From IMG/VR virus record IMGVR_UViG_3300018080_008436, positions 124,001 through 188,000 of that record: a DNA stretch of 64,000 bases, one strand, 5' to 3'. The notes under the pieces were generated by a model. The model had not been told where the DNA came from and did not search any database. It was given only the letters and a program-made list of their open reading frames with translations. Shown in pieces: positions 46,393-56,215 of this stretch (position 1 is the first letter of the stretch; the number at the start of each line of letters is the position of its first letter). The translations under genes and the position numbers were made by a program.

Positions 46393-47083
46393 TTTCTCCC
46401 AATTTCTGGAATTGCTCGTAACTGTAAGGCTCTACCCCTTCTGTTGCTTCCATATCATACATCTTCTTCGTTGGGCGATATTGTTGCAATACCCAACGCT
46501 CACCATCCTCTAATATTTGTCCAATCTCATTGATTGTAACCTCATTTACGTATGGTGGGTAAAGCGTTGTTCTAATCTCATAATCAAAAACACCCCTATT
46601 ATACTTCGCCTTTCGCAGTATGTTTAGTGACTGCATGACATATGCAAATGGATTGAAATCATCACCAATAGTAATCGACTCATACAAATTGGGATCTAAT
46701 GACTTAATGTCAAGTGCAACATAGCTAAGACTTGGAATGATTTTGTTCAACTCACCAACCAAGATCCCATTTGTTGACAAACCAATTTTCAGTCCCTTGC
46801 GTCTGAAATGATTGATCAATTTAGATAAGTTCGGACTCAAAAGAGGTTCCCCACCAGATATCATGATCATCTCTGGTTTCTCTTCCTCAACAAACCGATC
46901 CACTTTTTCTAATGGCACTCCATCGCTTTTAACCTTGCACTTAGCCAAAGTTGAATTCATGCAATAAGGACATTTCATGTTGCATCCCTGCAAAAAGATT
47001 GATGGAGCAAAAACTTTAACGCCAGCCTCACTAGTCTTATTAAATCCACATATTTTAGGTATACTCATCTTGCTTCGTTCCAA
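46349..47083 (-). CDS. nrdG: Anaerobic RNR activase-like radical SAM protein
   Basis: IFLQGCNMKCPYCMN, ISGGEP, STNG, ALDIK, YEIRTT, LQQYRP. Confidence 0.8.
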   Translation of the reverse strand: MERSKMSIPKICGFNKTSEAGVKVFAPSIFLQGCNMKCPYCMNSTLAKCKVKSDGVPLEKVDRFVEEEKPEMIMISGGEPLLSPNLSKLINHFRRKGLKIGLSTNGILVGELNKIIPSLSYVALDIKSLDPNLYESITIGDDFNPFAYVMQSLNILRKAKYNRGVFDYEIRTTLYPPYVNEVTINEIGQILEDGERWVLQQYRPTKKMYDMEATEGVEPYSYEQFQKLGEIARTYTKEAHSRYV

Positions 47084-47688
47084 ATAAAAGGGTCTACCAA
47101 TTCATAATCAGCTTCATCTAAATCGTCATCGAACTCTGGCTCTGGGATACGCTCAATAGACATAGAAGCTCCTTCAAGATAACCTACTGCATCTATCACT
47201 TGCTTCTCTAAACCAGTAGTGCTCTTGTCCCCATGTCGATAGATGTACTTTGCAAAGCCACTCGTCGCCTTAGATTTTGTAAATGCTTGGTAGATCAGGT
47301 CTCTATGGCAATGCGCCCCTTTACAGGTGTTTTCCCAACAACAGAGCAAATACGCCCTTATTTCCAATTGGGATAGCCAAGACTTAATCTCTTTTTGATT
47401 ATTCTTAAGAACGCCCTTATAGTCTTTGACATACTGTTCCCAATCCTTATCTCTCCTGTATGATTTAAGCATGTCCCATGTTGGACAAAAGAAGGATAGT
47501 TGGGGATAAGTTGAACCAAGATCCTTGGGCTGAGCCAATGCAATTGAATGAATCTTGATTTCCTCTGGTTTGAGCCTTACGACATAGTTGTCAAATATAA
47601 ATCCACCATTCTGCAAGATGCTTTTGGCATCCCAAAAGGTAGTAAAAACTATAATCGGTTTCTTTGCGTCCATTACAATAATCTCCAA
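47065..47688 (-). CDS. DUF488-like protein
   Basis: PTWDML..WEQYVKDY..LLCCWE..CHR. Confidence 0.55.
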   Translation of the reverse strand: MEIIVMDAKKPIIVFTTFWDAKSILQNGGFIFDNYVVRLKPEEIKIHSIALAQPKDLGSTYPQLSFFCPTWDMLKSYRRDKDWEQYVKDYKGVLKNNQKEIKSWLSQLEIRAYLLCCWENTCKGAHCHRDLIYQAFTKSKATSGFAKYIYRHGDKSTTGLEKQVIDAVGYLEGASMSIERIPEPEFDDDLDEADYELVDPFIWNEAR

Positions 47689-47729
47689 ACGTATGAGTAA
47701 ATATAGACGCTAAAAACGAAAAGGCAAGC

Positions 47730-47990
47730 TCATTCGGCAAGTTTTTTAAGGGTTTCTACGAGCTTGTCATGATCGTAGTTATCCCCTTCTATGATAGTGC
47801 CATTAATATTGCATCCTGGGACATCAGAAATATCATTGTCAAGAGCGATATCTATGGACTCATCTTCTTCACAGTTATACGCATATAGCTGAGCATCTAA
47901 CTCCAAATGCTTGATCATAGAATTGATTGTTTGTCTCATCGTCGCACATTGAGGACACTTCTTTGCAAATATCATGATTATCTTAGTCAT
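47730..47990 (-). CDS. Thioredoxin/glutaredoxin-like protein
   Basis: CPQC and VP..ING. Confidence 0.8.
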   Translation of the reverse strand: MTKIIMIFAKKCPQCATMRQTINSMIKHLELDAQLYAYNCEEDESIDIALDNDISDVPGCNINGTIIEGDNYDHDKLVETLKKLAE

Positions 47991-48326
47991 TTAGTACACC
48001 AATCGTTGCTTACATTCGATCTTCTGTTCCAGTTCTTCGTCAAAGACAATGCTAATGTATTTGCCCACCATCAACTCAGCAGTCTTTTCCATTTCATAAT
48101 CAATTTCCTTTTCAGTTCTGGCACCGAAATAAAAACTGGATTTGTTAATCTGAGTTCTTAAGTTGCCTTCCTCACATTCCCCAAGAATCACAATACTATC
48201 AACATCTTTGACATATTCTGCTCGAAGGACTTTGATCTTCTTTTTAACAGGTTCCATCGTCTTCTTCCAATTCATCTTGTTCCATTTCATAATCGCCATA
48301 ACAGATCTCACAGTAACCAAGATCAT
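47991..48326 (-). CDS. Hypothetical protein
   Basis: ORF track. Confidence 0.55.
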   Translation of the reverse strand: MILVTVRSVMAIMKWNKMNWKKTMEPVKKKIKVLRAEYVKDVDSIVILGECEEGNLRTQINKSSFYFGARTEKEIDYEMEKTAELMVGKYISIVFDEELEQKIECKQRLVY

Positions 48327-48426
48327 TCATGGCACCATCAAAAGGTAGATCTCTTTGACACTTGGGACACAAGTTGTCCTCTTTTTCTATCTGCTTAAAC
48401 CCAAAATCTTCAAAAAAATCATTCAT
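48244..48426 (-). CDS. Small zinc-finger protein
   Basis: CPKC..CEIC. Confidence 0.5.
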   Translation of the reverse strand: MNDFFEDFGFKQIEKEDNLCPKCQRDLPFDGAMNDLGYCEICYGDYEMEQDELEEDDGTC

Positions 48427-49259
48427 CAGAACTTATCCTCAATATCTTCATTGTCCAAATCGAGAGTTTCTTCAACGACACTTCTTAATTGAACAACTTG
48501 GTCTTCCATTTGCTCTCTGTTCGCAGACATCATAAAAGTGGTAAGCATTGACAGCCAGTCTTCCCCGAATACTTTTAAAAGTAGCCAATCATGGAAAGTT
48601 CTGTAGTTCTCTTTGCTTTTGATCTGCAAATTGGAGAAGTTACCCACAGTTTTATCCAGAGAATCCAGCTTGCCAAAAAGTTCATCGATCTCTTTCATAG
48701 TCAACTCTTTGGAACCATCAGCCCTCCTAATCATTCTACACTGCTTGGCCAATGGCAGATCTTCTCTGGTGAGTCCATAATCTCGATAAGCTTCTTCAAA
48801 CTTATCTACACGCCTTTTATACTCTTCTTCTGGCCATAAGCCATAACACCTACATGATAATGGTCGATTTTCATAGACAGTGCATTTACCATCCTTATCA
48901 ACAAATTGACATGGCTTTACAAGACTATCCATCCCCCACTTCTCATACTCATTTCGGAAAAAGTACTCAATACTGGTGCAAATAACCTTAACCTTCTCTT
49001 CCCTTGAAGCGTCATTCCAGAAATCAGTAGCCAATTGGACAAATTCGCTGTAGTTCATCTGGGGCATGGCGACTCTACAACATGCACATGCACAGACATT
49101 TATGTCGCATCCTGTTGTCTTGAGGTCAACACTGTTATAAATATTCTGGAGCTTCTGTTTAAGATTCTTGCGAACCTTTTTCTTATTCTTAGCTATTACT
49201 TCAGCTTGTGTCATCCCTTTGCGACTTTTATTTTTCCTGCTTTTTTTAGAATTGGCCAT
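48426..49259 (-). CDS. YkgJ-family cysteine cluster (Fe-S/Zn) protein
   Basis: CACACC..PCQF..CTVYENRPLSCRCY. Confidence 0.8.
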   Translation of the reverse strand: MANSKKSRKNKSRKGMTQAEVIAKNKKKVRKNLKQKLQNIYNSVDLKTTGCDINVCACACCRVAMPQMNYSEFVQLATDFWNDASREEKVKVICTSIEYFFRNEYEKWGMDSLVKPCQFVDKDGKCTVYENRPLSCRCYGLWPEEEYKRRVDKFEEAYRDYGLTREDLPLAKQCRMIRRADGSKELTMKEIDELFGKLDSLDKTVGNFSNLQIKSKENYRTFHDWLLLKVFGEDWLSMLTTFMMSANREQMEDQVVQLRSVVEETLDLDNEDIEDKF

Positions 49260-49282
49260 ATTTAAAATTCCTTTTTGGACTA

Positions 49283-51850
49283 TTATACCGAAACATCACA
49301 AATTCTTGTGATTTTACTAAGCCCTACATTTCCTGAAGCTTTTTCCACAATGATATTATTCTTAACCAAAGATTGTATCTCAGACTTATGACTTATCAAA
49401 AAGACCCTCTTAAATCGATCTTTCAGTGCATCAAGCATTCTAAAGACTGACTTGGTATGTTCTGGATCAAGTGGTCCAAAGATCTCATCCAGACAAATCA
49501 TATCTGGGGTTCTAGAGGTTCTGGAGAATGATAATAACGAAAGACCAACATCAACAGCCAGTCTAACAACCATTTTCTCTCCACCACTTAACATGATGTA
49601 GTTATCTGCTGTTCCCCCAATGATCTCCATATCAATCTTTGATTTGTCGTTAATGATCAGATTGACGATAAGCTTCCCATTACTCAAAACATCCAGGAAT
49701 TGCTTCACATACATATTTAGCAATGGCAGGTATTTGGAAACGATCCTTGTTTGAACTCCTTCAAGACCAAATGCGCTCTCCAAGATCTTAAGTCTATGAA
49801 GTTGCATTTTGATTTCTTCAGCTTTCTTTTCTTCATCAGCGATTTGCTTGCCAAGATCGATAACCTGATCTTGCTTCTCCTGCAAAGATCCACATTCTTT
49901 ATCGATGGTAGCAATAGCATTAACATGTACTTTCTTTTGGGCGTTAAGCTCTAAGATGTCTTCCTCGATCCCACTCGCTTTCCTATTAAGTTCAATTATT
50001 TCAGCTTTTTTGTCTTTGATCTTCTGATCAATGTCTTTGATGTTTTCCTGAAAATTAGACTCAATATTCAAACACTTCTTCTTGTACTCTTCAATCTTCT
50101 TCAGAAGCTCTTCTTTCTTTTTATTATTCTCAGTGATATCTTCTTCGTTCTTATTGATCTGATCTTTCGTTTGTTTGATGTTATCAGAGGCATTGTCTGC
50201 GGATTGTTTCTCTGCAAGAAGCTTTTGGTGCTGAACCTTGTATTCCCTTATCTTCTGAAGCTTTTCTCGAACTGACTTTCTGGCTTCATTTAACTTGTCC
50301 AGCTTTTCCTGAACCTTATCTCTAGTCTCTGTGTTCGTTTTTACAACTTCAGTAATATCTTCAATCTTTTTCAAAGTATGTTCTTTAGTAACAACACTCT
50401 GGCATTCCTTACAAACAAAATGATCTCCGTCACCTGTTTTCTCTACTTGTTCTTGTAACGACTCCAAGTCTTTTGTTCTGTAGGTAATGACTGCATCGAA
50501 CTCAGAAACTGTTTTCAAAGTTTCTTCTCGTTTCTTCTCAAGCTCATCTGACATCTCTTGATATTTTTCTGTGAGACCATCTGCCTTCTCACATTTAGCA
50601 ATCTTCTCTTTCCACTCTTCTTCATTAAAGCCAGAAGCGGTATCTTGATAACCTTTGAGCTTCAGGACCAGGGAATCGAATTTCGATTTACAAGCAGAGA
50701 GCTTATCTTTGACACTTGATTCATCAGATTCGCATTGTTTCAAAACAGCCTTCCAGTCCTTCAACTCTTGATCTTTCTTCTGTTCTGCTTCTTTGCGCTT
50801 TTTAACAAGGGCACTTCCCTCTTCCTTCAGTTCTTTAATCTTCTTTAAAACATCAGATTCCTCAAGTTTTTTAATCTCTTCTTCCAGAGCCTTTATGTCC
50901 CCAAGAGCCTTGTCCTTCGCGTCTTTATTGTCTTTAAGAATATCATTGATAATCCCAGTGATACAGTCTATCATCCCTGAAGAATATTCTTCACCATCCT
51001 TTTCCCATTCTGGACTCAATTTTTTGTAGTCTTTGGCAACCAAATCTTGAAAAGAAGACGATCTGGATACCGAATCACTGAGTTTGTCATTCTCTTCTTT
51101 TTTCTTAGCCCTGATAACATCGATACAGCCTTTGACAATGTCTTCAAGCTTTAGAAGCTCGATGATCATATCTTTCTTAATTTTATCAGTTCCTGTGAGA
51201 AACTTGCCAGCATCACTTTGGCCAAACATAACTGTATTAACGAAAATGTCATAATCTTCAACAATGACATCTTCCAAAGATCTTTTAGTGTCTTTCTTTC
51301 TATGTCCAGAAAGACTATCAACCTCGTCATCTTTAATACAATCAAATTCGAAAACAGGAGTGCTGTTCTTATGAGTCTTGGTAAAAGTCCTTCCCCTCTT
51401 AACTCTGTAGATCTTCTCGTTCTCTTCGAAATATGCTTCTACATACGATTCTCTAAGAGTTTTAGGGTATTCACCTGCCAGTTTGGTAACGACTGATAAT
51501 CCTGCAATGGCTTTCTTATCAGTGTTAGCAGTCTGTCTAACAACTCTATCATAGAATAGAAATGCCATAGCTTCGAAAATAGTTGATTTGCCACTACCAT
51601 TCGAAGAATCAAAAGAACCTGCTGTCATCCCTGAAATTCCAATAATACCTTCCAATACATTATCTTCAGTTGCATTAACTGTTTCAATGTACTCAAGTGG
51701 ATTGTCGGACAAAGACTGATATAGTTGATCAAACGTCAGATGCCCATCTTGGATTTGACTTCTTTGCTCTTCGGTGACATTGAAAACGATGGAGTTGTCG
51801 GATTCTCCAAAACGCATGAAGTTGAACATTTTCATTCCATAAAGTTTCAT
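49283..51850 (-). CDS. sbcC: SbcC/Rad50 (gp46-like) ATPase
   Basis: NGSGKST, FGQ, CKEC hook, LSGGE, CLDE, ISH. Confidence 0.92.
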   Translation of the reverse strand: MKLYGMKMFNFMRFGESDNSIVFNVTEEQRSQIQDGHLTFDQLYQSLSDNPLEYIETVNATEDNVLEGIIGISGMTAGSFDSSNGSGKSTIFEAMAFLFYDRVVRQTANTDKKAIAGLSVVTKLAGEYPKTLRESYVEAYFEENEKIYRVKRGRTFTKTHKNSTPVFEFDCIKDDEVDSLSGHRKKDTKRSLEDVIVEDYDIFVNTVMFGQSDAGKFLTGTDKIKKDMIIELLKLEDIVKGCIDVIRAKKKEENDKLSDSVSRSSSFQDLVAKDYKKLSPEWEKDGEEYSSGMIDCITGIINDILKDNKDAKDKALGDIKALEEEIKKLEESDVLKKIKELKEEGSALVKKRKEAEQKKDQELKDWKAVLKQCESDESSVKDKLSACKSKFDSLVLKLKGYQDTASGFNEEEWKEKIAKCEKADGLTEKYQEMSDELEKKREETLKTVSEFDAVITYRTKDLESLQEQVEKTGDGDHFVCKECQSVVTKEHTLKKIEDITEVVKTNTETRDKVQEKLDKLNEARKSVREKLQKIREYKVQHQKLLAEKQSADNASDNIKQTKDQINKNEEDITENNKKKEELLKKIEEYKKKCLNIESNFQENIKDIDQKIKDKKAEIIELNRKASGIEEDILELNAQKKVHVNAIATIDKECGSLQEKQDQVIDLGKQIADEEKKAEEIKMQLHRLKILESAFGLEGVQTRIVSKYLPLLNMYVKQFLDVLSNGKLIVNLIINDKSKIDMEIIGGTADNYIMLSGGEKMVVRLAVDVGLSLLSFSRTSRTPDMICLDEIFGPLDPEHTKSVFRMLDALKDRFKRVFLISHKSEIQSLVKNNIIVEKASGNVGLSKITRICDVSV

Positions 51851-53088
51851 TGTGCAACCTCCTTCGCGTCTTTGCGAATTTCTTCAGCCATCTTATAAAG
51901 TATTTTGTATTCTTTCTCATCAACTTGCTCTTGGATAATCTCTCCAATAACATCCATGACCTCATCCTCAGTCATGTGTCCAGTTTCGATAATTTTCTGT
52001 TCGATTTCTTTACCCTGTTTCTCTTTCTCTTCCTCAACAATTTCTTGAGCATCGAATAAGTGAACAGGCTTTAATTTCTTCCTGATGTCATAACGGATAC
52101 TTTCCAGAGCCAGATGGAAGTCATGAGATTCCTTTGGATTCCCTTTAAAAAGTATTCGTACAGCCGCGCCCTCATCTTTATCATCCAACATGGTTACAGC
52201 CTCTCTAATCTCCTTAAGAGAACCAGCAAGAGAAATCATGGGACGACAATTAGGATATTCAACAAATTTGGACTGTCCGTATTTGGGATCTTTAGGAAGT
52301 TCTGTATCATAAACAATATAACCCTTATCCATATTTCTGTGGGTCATGTCATCTCTTTCAATACTTCCAGTATACATTGCGATACAGTTTTTAGTGGGAA
52401 GGATTTGATGGCTATGGAAGTCTCCTAGAAAGATATAGTCTGCTCCCGATTTGTCCAAATCAGCGATGGAGATATCTGTGTTATTCTTGTTTGCAATATT
52501 TAGCTGTCCTCCAAACCTCTTCTTCCCTGTATTAAAAGAAGCTCCACAAACTCCGAAATGTCCGAACAGTAAAACTGGGAGACCTTTAAGATCATCATTA
52601 TCTTCGATCTTCTGTTTAGACTCTTCGATAAACTTATGAAATAACACTTTGTTCTCAATCAGAGACCTTTCAACACTAATTGAGTAGGGGTATAGAAGTA
52701 GGACATGGTCCTTAAACTTGAAGAATTTGGGTTCTTCAATAACCATAACATTTCGCATCTTGATATTAGCAAGTGGACTTAATGCATGATTCTTCTTACA
52801 TATGTCATGATTCCCAACCAGGATAATAACAGGAATCTTATTAGCGACCAATTTAGCTAATTGACGGCTAAAGAATGCCCTTACACTATTGGAGGGATCG
52901 TATGTATCATAAACATCTCCAGCGATAACAAAAACTTCTGGTTTGATATTTTTGATATTGTCATCCACTATATATTCAAATGCTTTCATAAAGTCATATG
53001 ACTTATAGGGGATTCCTGAATCTTTCTCTTTATGTGCAGAGAAATTTACTTTATTGAGATGGCAGTCTGCCACTATCGTTGCTTTCAT
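51847..53088 (-). CDS. sbcD: SbcD/Mre11 (gp47-like) nuclease
   Basis: ADCH, AGDVYD, GNHD, LGDFH, YTGS. Confidence 0.92.
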   Translation of the reverse strand: MKATIVADCHLNKVNFSAHKEKDSGIPYKSYDFMKAFEYIVDDNIKNIKPEVFVIAGDVYDTYDPSNSVRAFFSRQLAKLVANKIPVIILVGNHDICKKNHALSPLANIKMRNVMVIEEPKFFKFKDHVLLLYPYSISVERSLIENKVLFHKFIEESKQKIEDNDDLKGLPVLLFGHFGVCGASFNTGKKRFGGQLNIANKNNTDISIADLDKSGADYIFLGDFHSHQILPTKNCIAMYTGSIERDDMTHRNMDKGYIVYDTELPKDPKYGQSKFVEYPNCRPMISLAGSLKEIREAVTMLDDKDEGAAVRILFKGNPKESHDFHLALESIRYDIRKKLKPVHLFDAQEIVEEEKEKQGKEIEQKIIETGHMTEDEVMDVIGEIIQEQVDEKEYKILYKMAEEIRKDAKEVAQ

Positions 53089-53114
53089 TGTCTTCTCCGA
53101 TATTTTGGTGTTTC

Positions 53115-53801
53115 TTATTCGTTTGAATAAGCGTAGAAAGCTATACCAGTCAACTCAGTGCCATCATCAAGGGTAGAGACGATAAAAGTACACCAGCAAT
53201 ACAAATCTGGTCCTCTAGTCGCAGTAAATCCTCTTGCAATGGCCAAAGCCTTCGTCGCCTTTCCAATGGCCGCACTACCGAAGCAACGAACAATACATTC
53301 CTTGTTTTGAGCAACCGCATGAGAAATAGCTCCAGCCAACTTTCTGACCCTAACCTTTCTTTCGTCAACGCTTATGTCTTTAGGATCGGCTTTTGCCATT
53401 AAAACACTTTTAACATCATCGAGGTTATCAACGGTAGAGTCTTCTGTGGTAAATGTACAAAAACTAATTCCTGTTAAAGTTTGTCCTCCGATTTCCGATT
53501 CAATAAAAGCTGGAGAAAAAGACAATCTGATCTCATCTGTTTGATTGATATATTCTCTAGCAATACTGAGTGCTTTAGCGGCTTTCCCTATTGAAGAATT
53601 CCCAAAACATCTAACGTTGATCTCTCCGCTGGTTCTCAACGAATGTGAAATAGCTCCTGCAAGCTTCTTAACATTTCGTTTTCTTATCTCTGCTGAAACT
53701 CCTGGTGGATCAGCAGAAACTCTAAGATCCTTTAGAGGAACTTCTTTGAATTCAGGCTTGATTGATGAAAGATCTTGGGGGTTATTCGAATCCTCTGTCA
53801 T
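53115..53801 (-). CDS. Tandem double SpoVS-domain protein
   Basis: Two copies of LAGAISH..VRCFG..IGKA.KAL.IAR..TGI.F, matching SpoVS (AGALA..AVKAVAIAR..PAF). Confidence 0.85.
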   Translation of the reverse strand: MTEDSNNPQDLSSIKPEFKEVPLKDLRVSADPPGVSAEIRKRNVKKLAGAISHSLRTSGEINVRCFGNSSIGKAAKALSIAREYINQTDEIRLSFSPAFIESEIGGQTLTGISFCTFTTEDSTVDNLDDVKSVLMAKADPKDISVDERKVRVRKLAGAISHAVAQNKECIVRCFGSAAIGKATKALAIARGFTATRGPDLYCWCTFIVSTLDDGTELTGIAFYAYSNE

Positions 53802-53888
53802 GGTTTTTACTCCTGTATGTAAATGCGATGTTGTATTTTATGAACTTTGTTCACAATTGCATTATACATACTTACGGAGTAAGTGGGA

Positions 53889-54767
53889 TTAATCCTGCCT
53901 GATTTTCCTAATGTATTCTTCTTTATTTTTTCTCAAGTTCTTAATAGTTTTTTGAATCAATTTCGCTTTTTCAGTTTCCTTGAACTCGATTGAATAACTC
54001 ATTGTGTTGTTAGAAAAATCATAATTAACAACTACGAATTCCTGTCCATCACAATCTTCATTCTTCGCAATAATCTTCTTAAGTTTTGGGCAATCGTTCC
54101 CATCAATTCCATTCTTCTGTCTTGTGCTAACTTTTACATTCCCACTAACAGTTTTGAAATCTCTGATGATTGAGGAAAGAGTGCTTCCCTCTCCCAACTT
54201 AACAAAGACACTTCTAAGGAAATCATCTCCATCCGAAAGGAGATTTACGGTCTCTCGGAAACTAGTTGACCCAATAACATCTTCTTCATCTCCCCCTTCA
54301 GTCTTACTCAGTATATCTTTCAGAGTAGTTCTACTGCCACTCTTGTCATTTGAGTATGTATGATCTAAAGAAAGAAGTACTCCACTAATAGGCCCATCAT
54401 AGTTTTCTGGTCGGCGCTTCTTAGCATGGGTACTGTTTTTCATGTTCTTAATTCGATTATTCAAGTAAGTATACAAACAAGTATTAAACGATCCTTTTGT
54501 GATGTTATACTTGTTAGCCGCTTTTACAAAAACAATCGAAAGTTCTTCCATAAAATCATCTATGGAAAGCTCTAACCCAGGGTAGTAGTATTTCAGTGCC
54601 CAATTCTTAAGAGTTGGTATTCTTTTCTTATATACCTCATCTAAGATTGTCAAATCACCAGTTTGTTGAAAACGATGTACTGATTCGTTTTCTTCTTTTC
54701 TATCTACGTTAACTGAGTCCTTATCGTATTTATTAAAAATTTCAGAAAAAAGGTCTTCCTTACCCAT
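53889..54767 (-). CDS. Third sigma-70 family factor (region 2, divergent C-terminus)
   Basis: DDFMEELSIVFVKAANKY..GSFNTCLY..NRI..LLSLD. Confidence 0.7.
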   Translation of the reverse strand: MGKEDLFSEIFNKYDKDSVNVDRKEENESVHRFQQTGDLTILDEVYKKRIPTLKNWALKYYYPGLELSIDDFMEELSIVFVKAANKYNITKGSFNTCLYTYLNNRIKNMKNSTHAKKRRPENYDGPISGVLLSLDHTYSNDKSGSRTTLKDILSKTEGGDEEDVIGSTSFRETVNLLSDGDDFLRSVFVKLGEGSTLSSIIRDFKTVSGNVKVSTRQKNGIDGNDCPKLKKIIAKNEDCDGQEFVVVNYDFSNNTMSYSIEFKETEKAKLIQKTIKNLRKNKEEYIRKIRQD

Positions 54768-55458
54768 CCCCTATATCTCTCCAGCATTTCTCGGCAAAAC
54801 AACACTCCTGACACTCTTTGGAGTCAGAAGTTTCATATTTCCGTTCTGGCAGAGTACCTGCCATCTTGCATTTCCCTAGTGCAAGAAGTTTTTGCTTTAC
54901 AGCATTTAGAACGGAAACGTTTGGTAATATGTGGAACATGTTGATCTTTTTGTCCTCAATATCCTCATATACCAAAAATCCATCATTAACTTCAACCAAC
55001 CACATCTGAGTCATTAACTCGACTACATGAGATCTCTTGACTGAGTTATTTTGGAAAGTGTCTTTATCAACTTCTCGAATCATTAAGGCCACTGGAATGT
55101 CATCAAATTTCCCAACGATGTCAATCCTAGAAGTGATATTGTGATTTTGGTCTGCTACTATCAAATTCTTATCTAACAGTTCAAAAGTTTTAGCTTGAAG
55201 CAAGAATCCTTCCCATTTATTTACGATGTGGGAATGATGAGATCGCCTCTTTTTGTCACAGAAAGTGTTAACCCCTATTAACTTATAGTAAACTCTGCGA
55301 TCACATTTTGTGATATCGACAGAATCCACCACCTCACTGTTTATATCATTATAACCCTTTTCGAAGATTTTTTCAACATCACTTTGCAAAGTTTTTGAGA
55401 ATTTATCACAAAGAACGAAATCATTTGGCATAACAATCCTCCTTTGCTCTGTCGTCAA
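54760..55458 (-). CDS. Cas4-like / PD-(D/E)XK Fe-S nuclease homolog, ExK apparently degenerate
   Basis: KCDRRVYY..RID..CQECCFAEKCW. Confidence 0.7.
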   Translation of the reverse strand: MTTEQRRIVMPNDFVLCDKFSKTLQSDVEKIFEKGYNDINSEVVDSVDITKCDRRVYYKLIGVNTFCDKKRRSHHSHIVNKWEGFLLQAKTFELLDKNLIVADQNHNITSRIDIVGKFDDIPVALMIREVDKDTFQNNSVKRSHVVELMTQMWLVEVNDGFLVYEDIEDKKINMFHILPNVSVLNAVKQKLLALGKCKMAGTLPERKYETSDSKECQECCFAEKCWRDIGDG

Positions 55459-56209
55459 CTCTCTGGCAAACCTTGCTGATATCTTTCTTAGACAAAACTC
55501 TTTCGTGACTTAAATATGAAGTTAACCCATATTTGCGAACATAAGAGTCAGGGTCTTCTCCGACAGGAATCGTATCGATGATAGATATGTTCTCACAAAA
55601 GTTATATTTATTCACCATGACAATTGATGTATCAGATGCTCTTTGCCCTGCTTTATTTTCATCAACATCAAAGCAAAAACAAATATTGTTACAGAAACGG
55701 GAGATCAAAGCTATCTTTCGAAGAGTCAGAGCCGTTCCCATTATCGCAACAACGTTTCTTAAGCCATGCTGATACAGCATTAGCGCGTCAACGTAACCTT
55801 CAACGATATAGACCTTGTTCTCAGTAAACATCGTCTTCTTGGCTTTGTTAACAAGAAATAAGGCATGGCTTTTGATGAAGGGGAGGTTCCACCATGGGTT
55901 CTTCCCGATAGCAGGTTTCTTTGTTGCTAGACTAACAACTTCGCCAAACTCATTGCAGATTGGAACTATGATTCTTCCCCAAATATTGAATTTCCAATCA
56001 CGCTTGTCTTCTTCTTCCAGGTTCTCACCAAAAAACTGTACATTAGGGTCGAGGTCTATCCCCCATGGGCAAAACCCAATACCATGATCAATCAGTGTTT
56101 GTTCTTCTAAAGAACGTGTTTCGAGTAGGTATTTTCTGGGAGTATAGACCTTTTCCCCATGCATCAGTTGCTTATGACAAGTTTTGGCAAAGCCGAGCAA
56201 CGGGTTCAT
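55421..56209 (-). CDS. dnaG: DnaG-type primase catalytic core (TOPRIM)
   Basis: GRIIVPI, IVEGYVDA, VAIMGTAL, FDVDENKAG, DPD; no N-terminal Zn finger. Confidence 0.88.
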   Translation of the reverse strand: MNPLLGFAKTCHKQLMHGEKVYTPRKYLLETRSLEEQTLIDHGIGFCPWGIDLDPNVQFFGENLEEEDKRDWKFNIWGRIIVPICNEFGEVVSLATKKPAIGKNPWWNLPFIKSHALFLVNKAKKTMFTENKVYIVEGYVDALMLYQHGLRNVVAIMGTALTLRKIALISRFCNNICFCFDVDENKAGQRASDTSIVMVNKYNFCENISIIDTIPVGEDPDSYVRKYGLTSYLSHERVLSKKDISKVCQRVDDRAKEDCYAK

Positions 56210-56215
56210 AGAAGA

